Assembly: GCA_963716725.1 (NCBI GenBank)
Contig: CAVQUB010000004.1
Coordinates: 110,277-174,276, forward strand
DNA: 64,000 nucleotides
Direction of reading: 5' to 3'
Origin: an uncultured delta proteobacterium
GTDB taxonomy: Bacteria; Myxococcota_A; Polyangia; Polyangiales; Polyangiaceae
Under the pieces are notes generated by a model. The model worked only from the letters and a program-made list of their open reading frames with translations, was not told the DNA's origin and did not search any database. The position numbers and the translations under genes were made by a program. Of the stretch, positions 1-9,392 are shown in pieces; position 1 is the stretch's first letter, and each line of letters starts with the position of its first letter.

Positions 1-937
1 AAGCCAGAACAGCGCCTGAGCGGGAATCGCTGCGCTGGGCCAGAGGGATTTCCGCTGCAGAAGACGTCGTGGCCCAGCGAGCTGCCTTGATCCACGTGAT
101 GGACAGCGAGGCCGATGACTATGCGCTCTTGACGCAACTGATCGGGGATGACCGTCGGTTCGTGGTTCGCATGGCCCGTGATCGCGCAATCACGGATGCC
201 GAGGGGAAGGTCAGGGCAGCTGGAGCGTCAGCGGCGATGGTCGCTGCACGAAGTGTCGCGCTTTCACGCCGTAAACCTCCCATAGGCCCGAAGGACCGAC
301 GCAGGCTGGCGCGTGCAGAGCGGCTCGCCACTCTGACGGTCGGCGCACGACAGCTATCGATCACCCGCCCCTCGTAGGCGGGCAGCAAGTTTTCGAAGAG
401 CCTGCCAGGTCAACGTCATCTACGTGAACGAAGTCGACGTCCCAAAAGGCACCGAACCGGTCGAGTGGATCCTGTTCACCACGGAGCCCGTCAAAACGAA
501 GAAGCAGATCCTCCGCGTCGTTGACATCTACCGGTCGCGTTGGTTGATCGAGGAGTATTTCAAGGCGCTCAAGACCGGCTGCGACCTTGAGAAGCGCCAA
601 CTCGAGAGCTGCAGCACGCTCCTGGTGGCGCTCGGTGTTTTCGTGCCGATCGCGTGGGGTCTGCTCCGTTTGCGCGCGCTCTCCAGAACGGCGCCCGACA
701 CCCCGGCAACTCGAGTCCTCACTCCAACGCAACTCGACCTGCTCCGGCGGCACCCCAAGGCAAAGATGTCTTCGACAGCGACCGTGCGCGAAGCGCTGCT
801 CGCAGTCGCCCGCCTCGGTGGCCACCTGCGCAGCAACGGAGACCCTGGCTGGATCGTCCTCGGGCGCGGATACCATCACCTGTTGCTGCTGGAGATCGGC
901 TTCCGGCTGGGCCAGGAAAGATGCGATCAATCGTGAG
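1..937 (+). mobile_element. IS4-family (IS50/Tn5-like) element, right part; transposase disrupted by stop/frameshift at about 375-423
   Basis: Motifs PERESLRW, IHVMDSEAD, YRSRWLIEEYFKALKTGC (YREK), ARLGGHL..NGDPGW; right end AGATGCGATCAATCGTGAG (919-937) resembles the ends of the intact IS at 48526-49992. Confidence 0.9.
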
Positions 938-958
938 CTGGCGAGGGACGCCCCTTGG
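938..958 (+). repeat. Partial E1 27-bp repeat unit directly abutting the IS4 right end
   Basis: CTGGCGAGGGACGCCCCTTGG matches the array junction CTGGCGAGGGACGACCCTTGG at 20/21 positions. Confidence 0.75.
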
Positions 959-1224
959 TGGGCTTGGTGGGGGGCGTGCAAGCACCGTCCCCGCGCTCGG
1001 CGTCACGAGAGAAAGCGCACCGCATCCCCATTTTCTTCTTGACGCATTTCCAGGCGACTCGCGCTCGCACTTTGCCGGGCGTGTCACCGAAGGCGTCTCT
1101 GTTGCGCGACGAAGCTCGCCCATCGTGTTTCGCTCGAGCGACGACGCGCGACGCGTTTGGACGCGTGAAACGCGCTCACCGTGTCGGCCGCGAGGCCAAA
1201 AAACAGCGTGTTATGCCAGAAAGC

Positions 1225-2508
1225 ATGCACGCTCTCTCTTCGGTCTCCGATCGCGAGCTTCGCGAGCGCCTCTCCTCCGCCGTGAGCGCCGAGCAGCTGG
1301 CTTCTGCCGACGTCATCTTCCACCTGGCGGAGCTCGACCGCCGAAAGCTCTACCTCGAGGACGCCTGCTCCTCACTCTTCGCGTACTGCGTGGAGCGGCT
1401 CGGCTACTCCGAGGACGGCGCGAGCAAGCGAGTCCGTGTCGCCCGCTTGGTTCTGCGTTTTCCCCAGGCCCTCGACGAGCTCGCGAGCGGCGCCATCCAC
1501 CTGACCGGACTGTTCCTGCTCTCCGGGCACCTCACGGAAGACAACGCCGATCGACTCATCGCCGAGGCTCGCGGCAAGTCGAAGCGGCAGCTCGAGGAGC
1601 TGCTCGCTCGGTGGGCGCCCCGGTCCGACGTACCGGCGACCATCACCCCGAGCGGGCCCGAGCCAGCTCGAGCGGAGTTATCAACAATGTCCGGGACAGG
1701 TGGCTCCGAGCTGTCGGCGCCGCCGCCATCGGCGCACCGTCCTCGTGTCGAGCCGCTCTCGGCCACGAGCTTCCGCGTGGAATTCACCGCCAGTGCCACG
1801 CTCCGCGACAAGCTCGAACACGCCCGGAACCTCCTCAGCCACGCCGTGCCGAGCGGGGATCTCGCGACCCTGATCGAGCGAGCCATCGATCAGCTCATCG
1901 CCGTGGAGACGAAGCGCCGCGCGGGCGCGGGCCAGCCACGCAAGCGCCGTGAACCTCGCGCCGGCTCGCGCCACGTGCCGGTGGAGGTCCAGCGCGCGGT
2001 GCGGGAGCGGGATGGCAACCAGTGCACCTTCGTCGATGCCGAGGGACGCCGCTGCTCCGAGAATAGACCGTCCGGCCGGGCCGGAGGAGCGCCGTCCGCT
2101 GATGCGAACAGTCGCAAGGAGCCATCTCGAGTCAGGACGCTGAACACGAGTGGTTTCCTGACCATCGAGCACGTCGACCCGTACGCGATGGGAGGACCAA
2201 CGACAGTGGATAACTGCTGCTTGCTTTGTTCGGCTCACAACGCCCACCGGGCGCGACAGGTCTACGGCGAGCAGCACGTCCGGAAGAAGGTCTCGGAGGC
2301 TCGCGCGGGCCGGGAAGCGCGCGGTGTGTCTGCGGGGACTGCGGCCGAGCTGAAGAGCGAAGTGTTCGAGAAGGTGCTGGCGGCTCTGCTTCACTCGGGG
2401 TTCAAGCGGCACGAGGCGCGGCGAGCCCTCGAACAGGTGCGCTCGCTCGGAGTCGAGCCGCAGCTCGAGCCAGTGCTGCGCGGAGCGCTGGCGGTACTCA
2501 CTCCCTGA
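1225..2508 (+). CDS. HNH endonuclease with DUF222-like N-terminus, RHH-like middle and RuvA-C-terminal-like domain (copy 1)
   Basis: CTF..RRC, LTIEH..P...GG.T..DN...LCSAHN HNH motif; C-terminal VLAALLHSGFKRHEARRALEQV..LEPVLRGALAVL; start chosen by alignment to the paralog at 48122. Confidence 0.85.
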   Translation: MHALSSVSDRELRERLSSAVSAEQLASADVIFHLAELDRRKLYLEDACSSLFAYCVERLGYSEDGASKRVRVARLVLRFPQALDELASGAIHLTGLFLLSGHLTEDNADRLIAEARGKSKRQLEELLARWAPRSDVPATITPSGPEPARAELSTMSGTGGSELSAPPPSAHRPRVEPLSATSFRVEFTASATLRDKLEHARNLLSHAVPSGDLATLIERAIDQLIAVETKRRAGAGQPRKRREPRAGSRHVPVEVQRAVRERDGNQCTFVDAEGRRCSENRPSGRAGGAPSADANSRKEPSRVRTLNTSGFLTIEHVDPYAMGGPTTVDNCCLLCSAHNAHRARQVYGEQHVRKKVSEARAGREARGVSAGTAAELKSEVFEKVLAALLHSGFKRHEARRALEQVRSLGVEPQLEPVLRGALAVLTP

Positions 2509-2509
2509 G

Positions 2510-2586
2510 ACGGTTCGTGCACACCCCCGACAAAGGGGGGGTGCACGGGATGCCGCTTTTGGTCTTGGTAGCGGCAGCGCCGCGGG
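2510..2586 (+). repeat. ~78-bp hairpin-containing element, homologous in inverted orientation to 47803-47880
   Basis: About 80% identity by manual alignment; hairpin GTGCACACCCCC-GACAAA-GGGGGGGTGCAC. Confidence 0.7.
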
Positions 2587-2599
2587 CACGGGACGCGGC

Positions 2600-3832
2600 G
2601 CCCGACTTCGACAGGCCCATCGTGAGCAACTCGGCTGGGGGCGCATCGATCTGGAGGCGCAGGTACCTCACGACCACCCCGTGCGTGCCATCGCCGCGGT
2701 GATCGACCGCCTGGACCTCTCGAAGCTCTACGCTCGCATCGGCGCACACGACTCGAACCCCGGCGCGCCGGCCATCGACCCCAAGCTCTTGCTCGGCCTG
2801 TGGGTGTACGCCACCAGCGACGGCGAGAACAGCGCTCGGGAGATCCAGCGCCTGACCGAGTTGCACGCCGCCTGTCGGTGGCTGTGCGGCGGGGTGAGGC
2901 TCAACCACCACACGCTCAGCGACTTTCGCAGCCACAACGCCGAGGTGTTCGACGACCTGGTCACGCAGGTGCTGGCCTTGCCCATGAGCCACGACCTGGT
3001 GGACCTCATGCGTGTCGCGCAGGACGGCACGCGCGTACGGGCCAGTGCTGGGGCGAGTTCTTTCGCAAGGGCACCACGCTGGAGGCTCTGCGCCAGGAGG
3101 CTCTTCTCCCATCTGGCCGCGGTCACGGCAGACACCGAGAGCAGCTCACGCCGAGCCGCGGCGCAGAAGCGTGCAGCCCAGGATCGCCTCGACCGGCTCG
3201 ACGCGGCGCTCGCGCAGTTGCCCGGGGCCGCGAAGACCAAAAGCAAGAGCGGCGCCAAGGACCCGACCCCTCGAGTGTCGACGACCAATCCGCAGGCACG
3301 GGTGATGAAAATGGGCGACGGAGGATTCCGGCCCGCCCACAACGTGCAGCTCGCCACGACCGCCGACGACGCGCGGGTCATCGTCGGTGTCGCCGGCACC
3401 CACCGCGGCAGCGACATGGCCGAATCGACTCCGATGCTCGAGCAGATCGAGAAGCGGACTGGCGTCCGGCCACGAGAGCTCCTCGTCGATGGGGGATACG
3501 CGAAGCATGAAGCCATCGACGAAGCAGCCGCGCGCAACGTCACCGTCTACGCTCCGCTGCCCAAGCCCCGCAACGACGACGGCTCTGACCCTCATCGGCC
3601 GAGGGATACCGACAGCTCAGCCGTTGCCGCCTGGAGACACCGCATGGCCACCGACGAGGCCAAGCAGATCTACCGGCAACGGGCCGCGACCGCCGAGTCC
3701 GTCCACGCGGACGCCAAAACGCACCGCGGGCTCGACTCGCTGACCCTGCGGGGACGGGGCAAGGCTCTCGCCAGCGTGACGCTCTTCGCGCTCACGTACG
3801 ACATCCTGCGCGCCATCACGCTCGGCGTCTGA
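2600..3832 (+). mobile_element. IS1182-family transposase (start uncertain; two compensating indels near 3060 and 3105)
   Basis: DHPVR, G.PAIDPKLLLGLWVYA, SAREI, HHTLSDFR, VAQDGTRVRASAG, STTNPQARVMKMGDGGFRP, LLVDGGY, YRQRAATAE motifs. Confidence 0.85.
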
Positions 3833-3978
3833 CCCCTCCACCGCTCCGCCGCGGCCCCGTTTTCCGCGCTCGGCCCACCTGAATCGCGTCGCGCTCCACG
3901 CGCTCCCGCCCTGCGCCTGGGACTCGCCCTCGCTCGATCCCCCGGCGGCGCATGCTCAACCGATTTCTTCTCACCCGC

Positions 3979-5817
3979 TCAGGCCGGGACGGGTCGCCCG
4001 CGCGTCTCGTGATCGTCCAGGCGCTTCTCGATGCCCGCCAAGCCGTTGTTGAGCGACTCGGTGATCATCTGCACCAGCGTCGGCAGGCTGCTCTTGAGCG
4101 CCTCGTAGTAGCGCTGGCGCTCGGTTGAATGGATGATCGCGGGCGGGTGGCCGGCGCGCAGCAAGATGATGTTCATCAGCATGCGCGAGACCTTGCCGCT
4201 GTCGTTGGAGAAGGGGAAGACGCGCACCAGATCGTAGTGGACGCGGGCGGCGATCCGCAGCGGATGCTTGATCTTCTTGGGTTCGGGCCCGTTCAACCAA
4301 TCGACCACCTGACGGACCTTGTAGGCGATCTTGTCGGGCGAAGCGTACTCGTGGAAGTACAGGCGGTGCTGCGGGATGTCCTTCCGGTAACGCAGGTTCT
4401 TGATGTCACCCTCTTCTGGGTGCAGCGTCAGGTAGATCTTCTTCACCGTGTCGACGGTGATGGGCGCACGCTTCTTCTCGCCCAGGTCGCGCACGAGCGC
4501 GAGCGCCAGCCGGTGCCGCCGGATTTCGTCGACCACGGGCTGAAGGCTCGAGTCGGGCACCACGGTCTGTGAAGGATCGGTGGCCGTTCGGAGCTCTTGG
4601 TAGGTGTAGACCACGCCCTCGAGCGCGCTGTCGTGATAGACCCACGACATCTCGAGGCTCTCGGCGTACTCGTTGCGGAAGGCGTCGTCGCACTCCGCCA
4701 GGCGCTTCAGAACCAGAGCGTAGCGGTCCTCCATGGAGGCGGGCGGCGGCTCTTTCGGCGGCGGCGGCGGCGACACGACCGCTGCCGTGGGAGAGGTTCG
4801 AGCGAGCGCGGGTCGCGCCGACTGTGAGCCTTGGCGCGTCGTGCCTGCTTGGTTCGGGATCGCGTCTGGACGATAGACTCGGGTCGTCGACGCCCGCCCG
4901 GCGCCTGCTCGAAGCGCGCGCTTGGTGGCCCGTGCCACCCGTCCCTCGAGGGCGCGTCGGGCGGCTTCGCGGTCCGCCCGGAGGCGCTCCCGCTCGACCT
5001 CTTTGGCCTTGCGATAAACTTCGCGCTCCGCGTCGCGTCGCGCCCGCTCTTCATCTTTGGCGCGCCGCGCCTCTTCCCGGACGCGCTCGCGCTCGGCCTC
5101 GCGCTCCGCGCGCTCGGCCTCCTTCAGGTCGCGCGCGGCTTCCTTCACGCGCTCGCGCTCGGCCTCCCGCGCCTTGCGCTCGGCGTCGCGCTTGGCTGCC
5201 AGGGCCTTCTGCTCGCGAGCACGCTCTTTCTCGCGCTCTTTCCGCTCGCGTTCGCGCTCTTTCTGTTCGCGTTCGCGCTCTTTCTCGCGCTCACGCTTCT
5301 CGCGTTCGCGCTCCTTCTGCGCGAGCGCGCGCTCTTTCTCGCGCTCACGCTTCTCGCGTTCGCGCTCGCGGAGCGCGTTGGCCCGCTCGCGCTCTTTTTC
5401 GCGCAGCGCTCTCGCTCGGTCTTGCTCGCGCTGCCGCTTCGACGGCGGCGGGCGCTTCCCGGCCTTGGCCTTGGGCTTCAGCGTGGCCTTGGCCTTGGGC
5501 TTCAGCGTGGCCTTGGCCTTGGGCTTCGAAATAGCCTTGGGCTTGGGCTTGGGCTTCGAAATAGCCTTGGCTTTGGCTTTGGCTTTGGCCTTGGCCTTCG
5601 GCGTGGCTTTGGGCTTCGGCGTGGCTTTGGGCTTGGCCTTCGGGCGGGTCGTGGGCTTCACTTTGGATTTGGGCTTCGGCTTCGCCGTGGCCTTGGCCTT
5701 GGCCTTCGGCCGCGAGGCCGAAGGTCGCGCCTTGGCCGCCGCGCCCGCCTTCTTTTTTGTAGCGGGGCGGGGTTTCGCAGCGGACTTGTTTGGTTTTTTC
5801 GTTGTACGGGCCGGCAT
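3979..5817 (-). CDS. Fic/Doc-domain protein with histone-H1-like Lys/Ala/Pro N-terminus and E/R/K coiled coil; degenerate Fic motif
   Basis: C-terminal YHDSALEG and HYDLVRVFPFSNDSGKVSRMLMN; PKAKA repeats; (ERE/K)n region. Confidence 0.85.
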   Translation of the reverse strand: MPARTTKKPNKSAAKPRPATKKKAGAAAKARPSASRPKAKAKATAKPKPKSKVKPTTRPKAKPKATPKPKATPKAKAKAKAKAKAISKPKPKPKAISKPKAKATLKPKAKATLKPKAKAGKRPPPSKRQREQDRARALREKERERANALREREREKREREKERALAQKEREREKREREKEREREQKERERERKEREKERAREQKALAAKRDAERKAREAERERVKEAARDLKEAERAEREAERERVREEARRAKDEERARRDAEREVYRKAKEVERERLRADREAARRALEGRVARATKRALRAGAGRASTTRVYRPDAIPNQAGTTRQGSQSARPALARTSPTAAVVSPPPPPKEPPPASMEDRYALVLKRLAECDDAFRNEYAESLEMSWVYHDSALEGVVYTYQELRTATDPSQTVVPDSSLQPVVDEIRRHRLALALVRDLGEKKRAPITVDTVKKIYLTLHPEEGDIKNLRYRKDIPQHRLYFHEYASPDKIAYKVRQVVDWLNGPEPKKIKHPLRIAARVHYDLVRVFPFSNDSGKVSRMLMNIILLRAGHPPAIIHSTERQRYYEALKSSLPTLVQMITESLNNGLAGIEKRLDDHETRGRPVPA

Positions 5818-5938
5818 CGCCGAAGCCTCGGCCGCGGGCCGATCGCAGTCGCACACCGCGGAAAAAGTCGGGCTTCACGCTAGTCGCGGCGCACGCAATT
5901 CGTCAACAGCCTTCGTTTGGCCGAGGCACCGGAATCGA

Positions 5939-6763
5939 CTAGCGGGCGTCGAAGTACTCGGGGAAGAGCTCGCTCTGGGCCAGGACCTGAGAGCGGCCGG
6001 TCAGGACCTCCGCGCCCGTCTCGGTCACCAGCACCGTATGCTCGAATTGGGCCGAGAGGGAGCCATCGGTGGTCACGGCGGTCCAGTCGTCATCGAGGAC
6101 CCGGACTTCCCAGCCCCCGACGTTGATCATCGGTTCGATGGTGAAGATCATCCCGGGACGGAGGCGGATCCCCCGACCCCAGGTGCCGTAGTGGCTGACC
6201 TTCGGCTCTTCGTGGAACTGGCGTCCGATGCCGTGGCCGACGAAGTCTCGCACCACGGAGCAACCCTGGCCTTCGGCGAAGCCCTGAATGGCAGCGCCGA
6301 TGTCACCCAGTCGCGCGCCGGCGCGGACCTGCGCGATGCCGAGGGCCAACGAGCGTCGGGCCACCTCGGTGACCTTGATCGCCTCCGCGCTGGGCTTCCC
6401 GATGTAGAACGTCGCGGACGTGTCGCCGTAGAAGCCTTTGTACACGTGGGTCACGTCGACGTTGATGATGTCCCCGTCCCGGAGCACCTGCGCACCCGGG
6501 ATGCCGTGGCAGACGACGTCGTTGATGCTCGTGCAAACGCTCTTCGGAAAGCCTTTGTACTGGAGCGGCGCCGGCCGCGCGCCTCGGCGCAACGTGTCTT
6601 CGTGAACGAAGCTGTTGATGTCCTCGGTGGTGATGCCGGGGCGCAGCATTTCACCGACGAGCTCGAGGGTCTCTGCCGCCATGCGGCAGACCTCGCGCAT
6701 GCGGTCGATCTCTTTCGGTCCTTTGATTTCAACCGAGGTCCCGCGAAATCCCATGATGTCCAT
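5939..6763 (-). CDS. map: Methionine aminopeptidase type I
   Basis: YKGFPKSVCTSINDVVCHGIP, GDIINVDV, GHGIG..FHEEP, FTIEPMIN, SAQFEHT. Confidence 0.97.
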   Translation of the reverse strand: MDIMGFRGTSVEIKGPKEIDRMREVCRMAAETLELVGEMLRPGITTEDINSFVHEDTLRRGARPAPLQYKGFPKSVCTSINDVVCHGIPGAQVLRDGDIINVDVTHVYKGFYGDTSATFYIGKPSAEAIKVTEVARRSLALGIAQVRAGARLGDIGAAIQGFAEGQGCSVVRDFVGHGIGRQFHEEPKVSHYGTWGRGIRLRPGMIFTIEPMINVGGWEVRVLDDDWTAVTTDGSLSAQFEHTVLVTETGAEVLTGRSQVLAQSELFPEYFDAR

Positions 6764-7306
6764 CTAACGCCTCAGTTCTCCCATGATGCGGGCTTGGTCT
6801 ATGGCTCGGTTCACGCGAGGATTGTCGGCTTCGATGCGCCAACGCAGCGTCGACTCACCGTCTTCAGCGTAGCGCTTGTAGAGCAGGATCACTACTCTGC
6901 CCACCAGCTCCGCTTCGAAGCTCTTGACGAAGCCGAAGCTCGGGTTCGTCGGGGGGATGCTCAGGCTGAGGCTTTCGGACACGCTCGGTCCCTTGAGCGC
7001 AGGGGGCAGCGGCGCCAGGGTGATCACGAAGCTCTCGGCCTGGCCCGTGCTGTCGCGCGTGACCGTGACCACCTTGGCGCGCATGATTCCGTCCGCCAGC
7101 GCGGCCCGGCGCCCGACGGGGTCCGCAGCCTCCGCCTCGCCGCCGAACACCTCGGCGCTCAAGCGATCGTCGAGCAGCGCCGCGTCAGACGCGGTAAATG
7201 GTGGCAAATGGGCTAGGTCTGGGTCGGCTGCGGGTCGGGGGCCGCTGGGGCCACAGGCAGCGACGCAGGCCACCAGAGCGGCGACGATCGAACGAGTGGG
7301 GGGCAT
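6764..7306 (-). CDS. Hypothetical lipoprotein
   Basis: Hydrophobic N-terminus ending VAAC (lipobox-like); abuts map. Confidence 0.7.
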   Translation of the reverse strand: MPPTRSIVAALVACVAACGPSGPRPAADPDLAHLPPFTASDAALLDDRLSAEVFGGEAEAADPVGRRAALADGIMRAKVVTVTRDSTGQAESFVITLAPLPPALKGPSVSESLSLSIPPTNPSFGFVKSFEAELVGRVVILLYKRYAEDGESTLRWRIEADNPRVNRAIDQARIMGELRR

Positions 7307-7464
7307 GAGGGGTGGATCGATTTCCAGGCTGCCGGAGCTTGCTCCATCGTCTGCCGCCGTCCAACGTCTAAGCTGAGCGGCCGCTTGAGCGGCAGCGCGC
7401 TTCGGTGCTAGCGTCCCGCGGCCCGCAGTACAGTACCCACCAAGGATTTCGGGAGGATAGCCAA

Positions 7465-8319
7465 ATGTTGCTCCGCGTCTTCGGGATGCTCTCCATCACC
7501 AGCGTACTTGCCCTCGGCCTCGCCGCCGCGCCTGCCTCCGCCCAGGGGAAGGGCAAGGCGGCCGCCAAGAAGAAGGCAGAGGAGCCCGCTCCCACCGGAC
7601 CGGCGAAGATGAAGGGCAAGCTCGGGCTGAGCCCCAAAGGGCTGGGCTGGAACGCCTCGCTCGAGGCCGTCGCCAAGATCTACGACAAGGTCTTCGACCA
7701 AGAATTCATGCCCCTTTACAAGAAGGCGCAGCCTGGCCCGGGCATGGATGCCCTCGACGCCGAGTTGGCGGACAAGAAGGCGCTGCTTCGGCGGAACAAG
7801 ATCGCGTTTGCCGATCTGCCCACCGGCGTCGACTACAGCGCACTCAAGGGTGAGTACAGCTACGGCAACAAGGAGAGCATGACGAGGCTGACGCTGCGCA
7901 CCGGCGTGACTCGGAACTTCTTCTTCTTCGACGACAAGGCGTGGAAGGTCTACGACGAGCACAAACTGCGCAAGGGTGGGCCGTACGGTGAGAACTGGGA
8001 AGAGGCCAGCGAGATCCTGACCAAGAAGTTCGGAACCGCCGGATTCAAGGTCGAATCCGACTACGCCAAGGGGCGGAACTACGCGGAGCTGCAGTGGACC
8101 GACGGAACGACGGTGATCCGCGCCATCGATCGCGGCAACGTCATCGGGCTGGTCTACCAGGACGCCAACGTGTTCTTCAATTTGCCGAAGTACCGCCCGA
8201 ACAAGCCGAAGAACCCTCACGCGATCGACAAGGACGTCGCCGCCGCAACCGCCAAGCCGCCGCCGCCAGAAGAGAAGAAGCCGGCCGGCAAGGGCAAGGG
8301 CAAGGGCAAGGGCAAGTAG
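7465..8319 (+). CDS. Hypothetical secreted protein with Lys-rich termini
   Basis: GGAGGA RBS, signal peptide ending ASA, GKGKGK tail. Confidence 0.8.
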   Translation: MLLRVFGMLSITSVLALGLAAAPASAQGKGKAAAKKKAEEPAPTGPAKMKGKLGLSPKGLGWNASLEAVAKIYDKVFDQEFMPLYKKAQPGPGMDALDAELADKKALLRRNKIAFADLPTGVDYSALKGEYSYGNKESMTRLTLRTGVTRNFFFFDDKAWKVYDEHKLRKGGPYGENWEEASEILTKKFGTAGFKVESDYAKGRNYAELQWTDGTTVIRAIDRGNVIGLVYQDANVFFNLPKYRPNKPKNPHAIDKDVAAATAKPPPPEEKKPAGKGKGKGKGK

Positions 8320-8360
8320 CGGCGAACCTGCGCGGGTCGCCCAACAAGGCCCAGTCGAGC

Positions 8361-8627
8361 TCAGTCTGCGAGCTTCTGGGCGCCCTTGGGAACGATGACG
8401 CCGGACGAGACCGAGACTTGCGCGTTGGGCGCGACCGCGCGGATCGCGGGCTCGATGATCTGGCGCCGCGCCAGGGCATTGCCTGGGCAGCCGCCGAAGC
8501 GCCCGCTGAGGTGAAGGGTGACGGAGTCGTCTTCGACCCGAACCAAGTACAGGTCCCCGCCGTCGGCGCGGACCAGCGGTGCCAGTACTTCCCGCAGGAC
8601 TTGCAGGATTTCGTCTCGAGCGCCCAT
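8361..8627 (-). CDS. NifU C-terminal (Nfu) domain protein
   Basis: LAPLVRADGGDLYLV...LHLSGRFGGCPG. Confidence 0.8.
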   Translation of the reverse strand: MGARDEILQVLREVLAPLVRADGGDLYLVRVEDDSVTLHLSGRFGGCPGNALARRQIIEPAIRAVAPNAQVSVSSGVIVPKGAQKLAD

Positions 8628-8804
8628 CGAGGAGAGCGACGCTACCACGGCGCTTGACCTGACTCCTACCCTTACTCTACGTTCCGCCCCCCGCCGCTCG
8701 GCCGGCCTCTCCATCCGGGCGCGGCAGCTCACTGGCGCGACGAGCGCCAGGTGCTACCTTCCCAGGGTCCGGGCGACCCACGATTCGAAGTCTCAGAGGA
8801 AACC

Positions 8805-9053
8805 ATGGTCACCATTCGTCTTGCCCGACACGGCACCAAGAAAACGCCGTTCTACCGCATCGTCGTCACCGACCACCGCCACAAGCGGGACGGGCGCCAC
8901 ATCGAGAACATCGGCACGTTCGATCCGAACAAGACCCCGGTGCGCTTCGAGCTCGACCGCAGCCGCTTGGCGTTCTGGACGGAACGCGGTGCCCGCCCGT
9001 CGGAAACCGTGACGCGCCTCATCAAGCGCAACCCGGCTCCCACGGCGGCGTGA
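8805..9053 (+). CDS. rpsP: 30S ribosomal protein S16
   Basis: MVTIRLARHGTKKTPFYRIVV..RDGRHIE.IGTFDP. Confidence 0.97.
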   Translation: MVTIRLARHGTKKTPFYRIVVTDHRHKRDGRHIENIGTFDPNKTPVRFELDRSRLAFWTERGARPSETVTRLIKRNPAPTAA

Positions 9054-9155
9054 GTCTGACCCGGGTCGCAGCTCACCCGAACTCCTCCACACAACTTCCA
9101 GCACCCCCTCGGGCGCGTCTTTGAACCGCGCCAGCGACCCCGGAGTTCTTCAGTC

Positions 9156-9392
9156 ATGGCTCTCAAGGAATTGATCACCACCATTGCGCGCGCGCTGGTC
9201 GACGAACCGGACGCCGTCGAAGTCACCGAAATCGAAGGCGACCACAACTCGCTGATCGAGCTGAAGGTGGCCAAGGACGACATCGGCAAGGTCATCGGGA
9301 AAGATGGCCGAACCGCTCAGTCGATGCGCACCATCCTCACCGCCGCTTCGACCAAGATCGGACGCCGGGCTCACCTCGACATCGTCGATTGA
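9156..9392 (+). CDS. khpA: KH-domain RNA-binding protein
   Basis: DIGKVIGKDGRTA; canonical position after rpsP. Confidence 0.93.
   Translation: MALKELITTIARALVDEPDAVEVTEIEGDHNSLIELKVAKDDIGKVIGKDGRTAQSMRTILTAASTKIGRRAHLDIVD

Noticed and set aside
2500..3985. Defined TIRs and TSD for the IS1182 element
   Set aside because: Only a weak CCTGAG-like match between ends; boundaries not supportable
5057..7216. Long + strand ORFs (719 aa, 350 aa)
   Set aside because: Antisense shadows of the Fic repeats and map in GC-rich DNA
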